Positions 11,444 through 22,495 of a stretch of 64,000 nt of DNA are shown one piece after another. Origin of the DNA: the human T2T-CHM13v2.0 reference genome, Homo sapiens; assembly GCF_009914755.1 (NCBI RefSeq), contig NC_060935.1; one strand, written 5' to 3'. Numbering within the stretch: the first letter of the stretch is position 1; the number at the start of each line of letters is the position of its first letter. Below the pieces are notes generated by a model. It was not told the DNA's origin, searched no databases, and was given only the letters and a program-made list of their open reading frames with translations. The translations under genes were made by a program, and so were the position numbers.

Positions 11444-11644
11444 GTGAACCTAGTGTCCTGCGATGGGAGGTGCCCATCCGCCAGCATCTACAACTACAAC
11501 ATCAACACCTATGCCCGATTCTGCAAGTGCTGCCGTGAGGTGGGCCTGCAGCGGCGCTCTGTGCAGCTCTTCTGTGCCACCAATGCCACCTGGGTGCCCT
11601 ATACAGTGCAGGAGCCCACCGACTGTGCCTGCCAGTGGTCCTGA
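11444..11644 (+). CDS. OTOG: Otogelin terminal coding exon: [66 protein letters not shown] (CTCK domain)
   Basis: cccgttccag| acceptor; CxGxC...CxCC...CxC cystine-knot signature; TGA at 11642-11644. Confidence 0.96.
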   Translation: MNLVSCDGRCPSASIYNYNINTYARFCKCCREVGLQRRSVQLFCATNATWVPYTVQEPTDCACQWS

Positions 11645-11723
11645 GGCCTGGGGGCCCGGGCTAGCTGGACCACCTCTGCCAGCCCCACTTTCTGTTTCCA
11701 GCTGGCCCAATGTGAATGGGGGT

Positions 11724-11729
11724 ATTAAA
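11724..11729 (+). terminator. OTOG: Proximal polyadenylation signal (ATTAAA) of OTOG
   Basis: ATTAAA ~80 nt after the stop, followed by a GT-rich stretch (cgtgttg) ~20 nt downstream. Confidence 0.7.
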
Positions 11730-12961
11730 GGTGGTAGAAATCTGGCACGTGTTGAGCATGGAATGGTGGGAAGAGGTCACAGGAGTAACCAGAAAGGGTC
11801 ACCCCTGCCCATCCTGGCTCCCTTTCTGGGCTCCCCATTTTCCGCACATGGGAAAGTGCCACAGTTGAGGGCTCAGGGAGCTCACCTCTGTCCCTGGTTT
11901 GAGATGGAAAATGGGCTTTAGGTCCAGGGGCAGCAGCCTCTGAACCTCTGTGACCCTGGCCACAGCTCTTGGTGGAGGGGGTGAGAGCTGTGGGAAGATG
12001 GGAAGGTGCATGGTGCTTACATGGGAACCACAGCTGGACCCAAGACCAAGCACAGGGGCAGGATGCAGTGGCCCATTCTCTTGGCCTTTTTGACTACACA
12101 AGAAACCAGACACAGTAAAAGGAAAGAGGGCTATACCTGCAACACTCAGGCCTGCAGATGGCTGCCCAGAAGGAGTTCCCAAAGACAAAGATGGTGGATT
12201 CTAGGGCCCAGGTTGTCTCACCAAGATCTGTGAAATCAGAGTGAGCTCAGTGACCTTCGCATCTCCTGTAGTCCAAAGAAAGGTGCCTGGTGTCCTGGTA
12301 TTGATATGGTAATTCAGGAAAGGATTTGGAAGACCTAAGCCTGTACCCTTACCCCAAGGCAACCTTCCCAGCAGGCAGGCCGGCCTTGTGAGGCGGTGCT
12401 GGGGGAGTGAAACCCTCAGTGAGGGCCCAGCACTACTTATCTAGGATGCTGGTTGACAGCCCATGCCTTCAAGGCCCTAGGTTGCTGAGGGGGTACCTTC
12501 AGCCTGCAAATGCAGCTCCAGGCTTTGCAGTGTGCCTTTTCTCCAAGGCCATGACAGAGTCGGGCTCAGAGGAGCCTGATTATGGGTTGTGTGGCTCAGC
12601 CAGTGCCAGTCTCTGTGCTCCATGGGACTGTTTAGCAAGAGAGTGTCTGTTGGTGTCAGTGGAAAACACAGCCCCAGCCTCCCTGAGCACTTGTGAGATC
12701 CTTGTCACTGAACCAGAGCGTCCCCTAAAGCCAGGGCCAGCGTCCCCTTCCACACCCCACTCTGCAAGTCTCCCACCCCCTGTGCCACTTTGTGCCACGT
12801 GGAACCGAAGGGCATGAACATAAGGTTGTGCAGGCCCCAGCACTGCCCTGTGTGTCTGAAGATGTGGCTGGATGCCCCTTGAGGTGAGGAGGCTATGCCA
12901 AGATGGCCCCCTGCTGTTTCCAAGCCTCTTTGTGCCCATATTTGTGTTCTGTTTATTCATC

Positions 12962-12967
12962 AATAAA
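12962..12967 (+). terminator. Possible distal polyadenylation signal (AATAAA)
   Basis: Canonical hexamer 1.3 kb after the stop, preceded by a U-rich tract (tttgtgttctgtttatt). Confidence 0.3.
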
Positions 12968-13764
12968 CCACAGGATGACTTCAGGCCTCTGAGCATCTCT
13001 GAGGGAGCCAGGTTTACTTCGAACTTGAAGGAGTGTCCACTGTGAAGAGAAGACTCTATTTTGTGGCCCTGAACATCAGCACTGCTTCTGCCCCATCCGT
13101 CCCAGCACTATGCCCCACTCACAGCAGAACCATTGGTGGGTGTCTGCTGGTTGGAATTGAATGGACTGGAGACTGGCTTCTAGAGGAAGGGGATGAGGAG
13201 AAGGAAGAGGACATTGGGAGCTGGGGAGCTGGCACCCAGGAGAGGGACTGAGGAGTGATCCTGGTTCTGTGGGCCCAGAGACAGACGCTTCTTACAGGAG
13301 ATGTGGGTGGGGCAGACCCAGAGAGTAGGTTTCATATTGGCCTCTTAACATTTCTGTATTTCTTTCCTTGTTGTTCTCCCAATGAGCTCAGTATGTTTTT
13401 GCAGCCATGTCAGCTGTGGTAGGATTAAGGAGCACCCAGGGACAGGCTCTCAGTGACACTTCACCTGCGAAGGACTGTTGGTACACCTAAGGAGCAAATG
13501 GGAGGGTGCTTTCCTGGGTTGTCCCATGTGGGAAGGAGAAGGAGGGGGGCTAGGAAAGTACCCCTCAGTAATAGGGCAAACTCCTAGAGGAGTCAGTGCT
13601 TACAGTGCAAGAGCTTCACCCTGCCTAGAGAGGGTAGAACATCTTTTTTTGAACGAACACTTGGAAGGCTTGGCTTTTATTTCATAAGTAAGCTCTTCTT
13701 ATGGTGCATCTGTCTGCTAACATGGACCCTGAGTCTTTTCCTAATGAAGCTTTATGGCTTTGTA

Positions 13765-13930
13765 AGCAGCACATTTCTAAATAATCAATGGCTCAAATAA
13801 GAAATCAGAAAGGAAATTGGACAACATTTTGATCTGGGTGATTTTGAAATTATGACACATTAACCTGTGAGATGCAGCTAATGCAGTACTTAGAGAAACA
13901 TTTATAGTCTTAAATGCATACATCACACTT
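13765..13930 (+). mobile_element. Old L1 ORF2 internal fragment
   Basis: ctaaataatcaatggctcaaataagaaatc...gatgcagctaatgcagtacttagagaaacatttatag. Confidence 0.7.
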
Positions 13931-14979
13931 CTTAATTTCTCATTGTTACAGCCAGAGATGGGGTGGGACAAGGCTTCCAAACTTCTCTATCAGGGATGAT
14001 GATCCATGGCTTGTAGTCAGTTATCTCCTTAGCTATACACACTCCCTAAATCAATAGTTTTCAGAATTTTGAACTCTGATTTCAGCAGAACATGACTTTA
14101 AACAGAACATGGCTGTTAAAGTGAACTAGGTTCAAAATCCTGGTTCTATTATATGGCAAGATGTTTTGACTAAGACATAAGGAAGTTTTTATAGCCATTG
14201 CTGGCTATATAGTATCCCTGGCTGTTCATTCCTCACCTCATCACCCTTCCCATCTGTTTGTGTCCAGTTACGGGAAAGCAGCTTTTGAACAGGCCACTCC
14301 TCATCAGCTGTTGCATAGACAGAGGCAGAGGGCACCAGGTTAAGTCAGCCAGCCTTGGCCTAAATGTCTTTCTGCAGTCTCAATTCGGGAGGGTGGCTCC
14401 AGGCTTTCAGACACCTGTTCCCCACATCTGACCCATTGTTGGTGACCCAGTTTCAGTAGCCTGGCCCTCCTTGGCTCCAGTTGGCAGCAGTTCTCAGCCC
14501 TCCTGCTGTACTCCCACTGTGTCCTCTCAGATGGCCATAGCTCCTGGTGATCACACCCTACTGTGGGAGTCCCAGCATGCCTGGATGTTCCCCCCGGCCA
14601 CCTCACCTCCACTCCCGCTCAGGCAACCCCCCCGCCTACTCCTACTGGAAGCCAACTTCTCACTCTAAATTTTTGGTCAAAATTCCCAGTTCTATTTTCC
14701 TAGATCCCTCCTGAAGATACTGACTTTTTTTTCTTTCAGGGTAAGACAATTTAGTGAAAGATTAATGAGAGGAAAATCTCCAACCCTGTCTTGCAATGTA
14801 GGGAAGGCAGGAAACAGTGAAGACTTTGAACCTTAATTAGTGTTGTCCATTGCCCTCCAAAAAGCCAGTGCCAGCAGTGTTAATGCGAGTGTTCATATCA
14901 AATAGATACAATTTGTAGATGGTGATTTAAATGTAAAATACACATCTCCTTTAACTAAGTCATCCTATTTCTAGGTAGC

Positions 14980-15472
14980 TATGGAAGGCTGAATAGTGGT
15001 CCTCCAAAGATGTACAAGTCCTAATTTCTGGATCTTGCGAATATTTATATTACATTACATGGTAAAAGGGACTCTGCAGACGTGATTAAGGATCTTGAGA
15101 TAAGAGGATTATCCTGGGTCATCCAGGTGGGCCCGGTGTAATCACAAGCGTCCTTATATAAGAGAGGCAGCCAGGTCAGAGTCAGAGAGAGGAGACGGGA
15201 TGACAGAAGCGAGGTTGGAGTGATGTACTTTGAAGTTAGTGTAAGGGGCCACTGGTCAAGAAATCCAGGCAGCCTCTGGAAGCTGGAAAATCAAGGAACT
15301 GGATTCTCTCCTAGAGCCCCCAGAAGGAACACAGGCTGGCTGGCCCCTTGATTTTAGCTTAGTGAAGCTGATTTCATACTTCTGACCTCTACAACTGTAA
15401 GAGAATAAATGTGTGTGTTTTAAGCCACTAAATGTGTGGCAATTTGTTACAGGAGCAATAGGAAACAGATAG
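14980..15472 (+). mobile_element. MaLR solo LTR (MLT1D-like)
   Basis: ggctgaatagtggtcctccaaagatgt...attaaggatcttgagat...agaataaatgtgtgtgttttaagccactaa...gttacaggagcaataggaaac. Confidence 0.85.
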
Positions 15473-15732
15473 CATCAAAAGAAAGAATTCCTGCAGAGGC
15501 ATGCGCCAGGATGTTTATTGCGGCATTGTCCTGAGTGTTAAAAATTAGTAACAACTGCAAATGCCTGTCAGTAGGGAAGGATTAAGCAACCTGGTACAGC
15601 CACACTCGTGAATATTATGTAGCCCTTTTGGGTACTGACATGCTGAGCTCTCCAGGATATGTTAAATGATGACAGGAAATTGTGGGTTGTTTCACACAGA
15701 ATGATCCCTCCTTTATGCACCTGTGTGGGTAA

Positions 15733-15780
15733 TACACACACACATACAACACAACACAACACACACACACACACACACAC
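15733..15780 (+). repeat. (CA)n/(CAACA)n microsatellite
   Basis: acacacacacatacaacacaacacaacacacacacacacacacacac. Confidence 0.9.
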
Positions 15781-15999
15781 GTCTCATTCCCTTGAAGAGT
15801 TTTCAAGATTGAGGAAGGTCCTTCCTGGCTGTTGAGCCACCAACTAGTTCAGTGGCAACTTTGGTCCTAGAATAGCCTTTTCAGATCCCAGGAGATCATC
15901 AGAAGAGACTAGAATAGACTGAAGGCCCTAGGGACATCTGTGGCATCTCCCCCATTCCTGTTTCCTCCCACACTCTGTGCATTACTTAAAGCTTGAGGC

Positions 16000-16440
16000 A
16001 ACTCCAGTGGCCACACACAGCTGAGGAAACAGAAAGCCAGGACCAGCAGAGCCACTGAGAGATTGGTGGCCGAGCAGGGTGGCTGCCCAGCTTGCAGCCC
16101 CCTGTGACGTATTTGCAAACACGAGGAGTTTTGAGCTGCAGAACCATCCCATTCTCCGTGGTGCAGGCTCAAGTTCCCGCCCTGATTTTCTGGGCTTAAT
16201 CCTCTTCCTGTGGAAATCAATAAGGACATTGTGATGGAATGATTCACGTTCAAGGTCAGGCCAGAGCAAATTGGAGGCGACATGCTGATTTTACTACCCT
16301 CACTGTGAGGAGAGCCAATCCTGCTCACAGACCCCCTTAACCCTTTCCTTGTCACTGTGGTAAGCACTGTCTGCACAGGCCCCCTCCCCAGGCCCAGATC
16401 CCCCTGGCCTCACCCACGTGTGGCGCTTTTGTTTACATTT
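16000..16440. promoter_or_regulatory. Candidate enhancer (unique sequence, motif-dense)
   Basis: CAGCTG 16018, TGACGT 16105, FOX-type GCAAACA 16115 and TGTTTAC 16430, TAATCC 16197, GGAATG 16236, TCAAGGTCA 16250, CACGTG 16415. Confidence 0.4.
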
Positions 16441-16699
16441 TCCCAAGCCTCTGACCACACAAGGCCTTGGAGTCTTGCACACTTGTCATGGTGGTTTGGG
16501 GAAGGCAGACGACAGGTTCAGGAACAGCTTCAAATTGGAAGTCAAACGCTACATATCTAACTTCAGCTTCATGGGTAACATCCTGTTCCTCTCCCTTCAC
16601 CAGAGCTGTTCCCCTTCCAACCCTCTTTTCTGAGTTCCAGACCCCTCTTCCCTGCTTTTCTGGGTTGTCCCACATGGGGAGGTAGAGGAGAGGGGACCA

Positions 16700-17090
16700 A
16701 ATTCCTCATTTATTTTTTTCACACACAGCAAGGCTCAAACATGATAGAAGCTTATTCCTTCCTCCTATTTAAAAAAAACACTCAAAATAAGTAGGTAGCT
16801 AGAGCTTTGTGTCCAGAATGATTTAGGGATCCTGGCTCCTCTGTCTTGAGGTTCTACCACCTTCAGCACGGGCCTCCCAGAGTCTCTGTGATCTCAGGCA
16901 TCAGCCAGCCGAGGTGCAGGGAGAGCATGTGCGGGAAGCTTGCAGGGCCCAGGACTGAAAGTGGCTCACTCCCTTCCACTCGGATTCCACTGGCCTGAAC
17001 TGGCCACATCTCAGTGCAAGAAAGGCTGGGGAACGTAGTCCAGCTGTGTGCCCAGGAAGATGGGTCTGGTGGGCAGTGCTGTCTCTGTGA
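16700..17090 (-). mobile_element. Old MaLR LTR (MLT1J/K-like)
   Basis: agggatcctggctcc...ccactggcctgaact...aaaggctggggaacgtagtccagctgtgtgcccaggaaga. Confidence 0.55.
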
Positions 17091-19369
17091 GGAAGCGGAG
17101 AGAGTGAGGAGGACAATGCTAGAAAGTGTGACTGGAAAAGAAGAGATAGAGCATGAGTTAGGGGAGGACTTGAGGTAGGCAGTGATTTGACTGTATGCCC
17201 TGGAGAAGCCAGTGGAAACAGAAAAGCTTTGCTGTGGAGAAAAGTCAGGGTCTCAGAGGGCCATAGCTGGCATGAGGAGGGACAGTGATGACACAGATAC
17301 CTCTGGCTGGGCAGACCCCACCTTAGGTCTTTCTTTATCTCTGTTTCCAACATGGAACACTGAGGACACTGGAGAATAAGTGTGAACATACCTCTAAGCT
17401 TGAAGGTGAGGAGCCCAGACAACAAAGAGTTAAAGGGTGCAGGGGTGGGCAGAACCGGGGAGCCAGGTGCTCCCTAACATACTGTGCGGTGCCAGTTAAT
17501 CCCCTGCAGCAGGCAGGAGGCCTGCACAGCTGTCTCTCCCGAGCTGGGATTGCATGCTTCCCCCTCCCTCTGCCACCTCCCTGATGCCCCCGGCCCCTTG
17601 CCCAGAGAACACAGCACCCCAGGGATTGGGTGGGGGTGGGTGGAGATGGGCAGGCAGCATGCTGGGTAACTGGTCCAGCCCCTGAACCCTTGGACAACTC
17701 TTTCTCTAGAGATAAACCATTCTCTAGGCTTGTTTCTCACTGGCCATGAAGACCGTACCTCTCCCAAGCCAGCCAAACCCAAACCTTATAGCTGGTCCTC
17801 CTACACAGTGTCCATTCCTGCCTCTGTGTCTTTGCCTCACCTGGAGTGTCCTTTTCCTCCTCTCCCTCGACAGTCCCTGCCTAGCCTGCAGAGCAGCTAC
17901 AACACAGCAGCACCTAGGAGCCCTCCCTTTGGCCTCTAGCCCCCCAGCCCTAGTTTCTGCTTGACTGGGGCTTCCCATGCCAGCCTGTGCCTGTGCTCTG
18001 CCCAGGGAGGGGAGATGCAGGTCTGGCTCCAGCAGTCATTCATTTATTCCCACGACATCTTCATTCATAACAGATGAGGCTGCTAAGGCTCAGAGAGGGT
18101 AAGTGACTTGCACAGCTTGAGAGTGGAGGAATTAGGACTCAAGCTCACAACTGTTTAACTCCAGAGCCCACACTCACACTTTCTTTCTCAGCCCAGAAAG
18201 AGACTAAGAAGATTGCTGGGTGCCTGGGAGCTCTTCCTCCCTGTTACTCCAGGCTCCTTCTTCCTGGAAGCCAGAGGGAGCAGTGGAAAGAAGGTTCTAG
18301 TTTCTCTTTGGCCAGTTAGCAGTTGTAGAACATTGGCAAATTTTAAGCCTCAGTTCCCCATGGTGAGGAGAAGCAATAGGTTCTGCGACAGAGTTGGCAA
18401 GAGGGTCAAGTGAGATCATGGATGGGAAAGGGCTGGACAACTGCAGAGGCTGTGCTCATATGTGAGGCTGCTGGGCTGAGCCAGGGAATCCCAGCCCAGC
18501 TGGGACCAGAGCAAGAGAAAAGCAGGCTCAAAGAGCCGGACTCAGTCCCAGCCCACCCTCCATCCAGCAGACTCAGGGCTCACTGCTAAGCCTTTGCCTC
18601 TGTGTGCCCTATCCAGCTATGCCATCTTGCCTCTGTTCCACTGAACCAGATCACCATTTACGGATCCTTGGAGCTGATCTTCGGGATCTAGTAAAGGGCC
18701 TAGATTGTGGGGTAGGTTCTATCTCTGAACAGCTGTATGATTTACACTCTCCAAGTCTCAGTTTCCTCATCACCAAAATGGAAATGAGAGTCTGGCAAAG
18801 TGATGGTGAGAATGTTTATAGATAGAGTCCTGGCCTATGGTAGGCATTTAATAAATGGAGCTATTGTTTCCACTATGAACCTTCTTTCCTAAACCTTTAG
18901 GAATATCTTTAAACTCCTCCTTTTCAGGATTAGGAAACTGATCCCAGGGAATGACAGTGACTCACCCAGAGTCTCACTGCAAAGTGAGCAATGGTGGAGG
19001 CAGCGCCAGACTCCAAACCGAGTGCCCATTCCATTGCCTCTGCCAGAGAATCTTCCCTGAGCTCCAACCTAGGGTGGGCCTCCCTGTGCTGACCTTACAG
19101 CCTCTACTATCTGAGTCGCCCACTAGGCCTTCCAAAAGCCCTGTCTCTATCTGAGACAGGAAGTTCCCAGGTAGGACCCAAGCCCCCCAGCAGAAACTAT
19201 CACCTAGCTGGATCCTTTTCAAGGTGTAGATACCCAGCTAGGGAAGCTTATTTCTCAAGGGGTTTCCCGGGACTTGGCTAAGCTGGGTGACATCAACTTC
19301 CCAATGGAGGGGAGAAAGAAATAAGAGAGGGAAGGGTTAAGGCTCAGCAGTTGGGACAGGCAGCCTGCA

Positions 19370-19570
19370 GACGGCCCAGCCCAGTGCTGGGGGGCCTGCA
19401 CCATTCCATTCCTTTGCAGATCAGTTACACCCAGCTGTCTCCCTCCCCACTGCCAGCACCCCTCGGATTAGGCGGGAAAGGCTCCCCGGCCTGCGGCCTG
19501 CACACGGCCCATGGGGAACAGTGCCTGCAGCCCACGCCTCCACGACAGCTGCTGAGTGTCAGCCAAGAAC
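19370..19570. promoter_or_regulatory. Candidate muscle-type enhancer
   Basis: Overlapping CATTCC pair 19402-19412, CAGCTG 19432 and 19546, GGATTA 19465, local CpG retention. Confidence 0.4.
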
Positions 19571-21868
19571 ATAGATCAGTGGGATCCTGGCAGAGGTGCC
19601 CTAAGCCCAAGCCCTGCCCCCAGCATGTGCAGGAGGGGCTGCCCGAGAAGAAAGGGGGTCTGTGAGGGATTTGGGAGGTACAGGGCAGAAATTGCTCCCA
19701 AAAATATCTCCTCTGCCCATGTGTCACTGTGCCTCAAATTCCACCATTAAACATCTTAAAAGTTTGGGGCTTCCAGAGACACCAATTAAAAACTACACCC
19801 CATGGAGTAGCTGGCATTTTGATGCACTGTTGATAGGAATGTATTTGTAAAATTTATGAACATTTAATTTTATTTTACAAAGTATATATGAAGTCCCTCA
19901 AAAATATCTTTTCCTTTTTCTCAGTTGTCCCACTGAGGGCTTTAACTTAAAGAGGAACTTAACTTAAGGACATAGTTTATAATATGGAAAGAATGTGGGC
20001 TGGAGTCTTAAGATTAAGAGAAAACACAAACTAAGGTCATGAATACTCTCAAAATACTCACAAAAGCCAGATGAAAAAAACAAAAGAAATTTTAACACTA
20101 GAAAATATCTGTGCCTGTACCGGAAAACATGAAACAGTTCCACCAATAGGTCAGAAATAGGAAATTTCTTGAAGTTATAAAGCAAATGGGAGGCAGCATA
20201 GTGTATAGGTAGAAAGATGGTCCAGACTCTAATCCTGGTTGCTTTACTCACGAGTTCTGTGATGTTAGCAAATTACTGAACCTCCCTGAATTTCAGTTTC
20301 CTCAACTGTAAAGTTGGAACAGTAATTACAATAACTGTGAGAAATACATGAAGATTAGAGGAGATCATTTTTGGTAAATATCCCTGTGATTCCACCATCA
20401 GAGGACCGTGACCATAGAAATCACCATCAACTATGAGTGAATGGTTATGGTATGTCTCCTCCAGCCACTTGCCTACATAGCTGCTAAGAAAACCCTCACA
20501 GTACCAATTCTAATTAATCCAGAATTTTATTATACATATTACCAGCCAGTTAAAACTCATTATTTGAAAAGAATGGACAATGGCAAAATGGTGCCCAAGT
20601 TGAAATGGCAGGGTAACTTACCCTCAATGAAAAGTCAATCAATTCAAGGAAGAGGAAAAGCATGAACAGTATTCTAATTAATATTCCCAGGATGATCCAT
20701 GAGGATATTGTATCTAAAAAATAGGAGGCTAATAAAGTACAATCAGAAAAAAAAGTTTCTAGAAATTAAAACCATATATAACTTCTACTTCCATCACACA
20801 GAGTACCTGGTATTCAACCTACCCTGCAATTATAAACAACTAGAAAATTGGTGAAAATACATGACATACATGTTTCCAGACGTGGGCAACAGGCAGTGCA
20901 AGGCTAGGATCCCGCAGAGAAGGGAAATAGGTGAAGAATTAATAAATCTTACTAGAAAGTTCCAAATTCTGCCTGGATAATTTTCTGGAACAAGAGACAG
21001 GGAAGGGCATGTCCCAGCAGAGCAGGGTGGTCTCGCTGAGTTGAAGACAGATCAAATTCAGGCAGTCTGAGGCAACTGAAATATGTGGGGCAGAATACCA
21101 GAGATGAGGGAGCCATGTAGAAAAAGAACTCCAGAAAGTTGCATATATTAAGGCTGTGGTTGAACATTAAGGTGCACATGTGTAGGCTGAATATCCATAA
21201 AGACAGGTGAAGAACCAGTGGGTAATTGTAAACTGAGAAATTCTTGGAGCTTTTGCAGAGCTGAGAGACATTACATTTCTTACCAGCCAAAGTGAAAAGA
21301 CCTCACTGAACATCCCGGGACTTAATTGAGCTTCCAGAAATGGTCATACTTTAGAAGAAGGATTAAACTACACCTAGAGTAAAGGCTACCCTAAAGAAGC
21401 CCTAATTAAGCTTTGAAAAAAGCCTCAAATTGACCATGCTGACACACAGTAGCTATAAGACATAAGAAAGTCTAAATATTCTTTAAGGGAAAAAATACAG
21501 ACATTCAGCAACATACTATTAATAATGCCTAGAATCCAATTAAAATTACTAGACATGCAAAGCATCTGGAAAACGTGACCCATAACAAGGAGAAAAAAAC
21601 AGTCAATAGAAACAGACCTAGAAATGACAAAGATGATGATATTAGCAAACAAGGGCTTTTAAGTAGCTATTATACATATGCTTAAGAATGTAAAGAAAAA
21701 CATAAGCATAATGAAGACAGAAACGGGAGATATTTAAAAAAATAAAATAGTCTAGAGATGAAAATATAAAGTTTTAAGTGAAATGAGATTAACAACAGAT
21801 TAAAGAGTGCCAAATAAAAGATCAGTGAACTTGAAGATGTAACAAGAGGAACTTTCCAAAATGAATTA

Positions 21869-22178
<310 letters not shown>

Positions 22179-22193
22179 GAATTACAGGGTGAT

Positions 22194-22495
<302 letters not shown>

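Noticed and set aside
12904-12918. Second CTCF-like motif (AACAGCAGGGGGCCA, minus strand)
   Set aside because: Mismatches at the leading C and after GGC; too weak to call without a PWM scan or ChIP data
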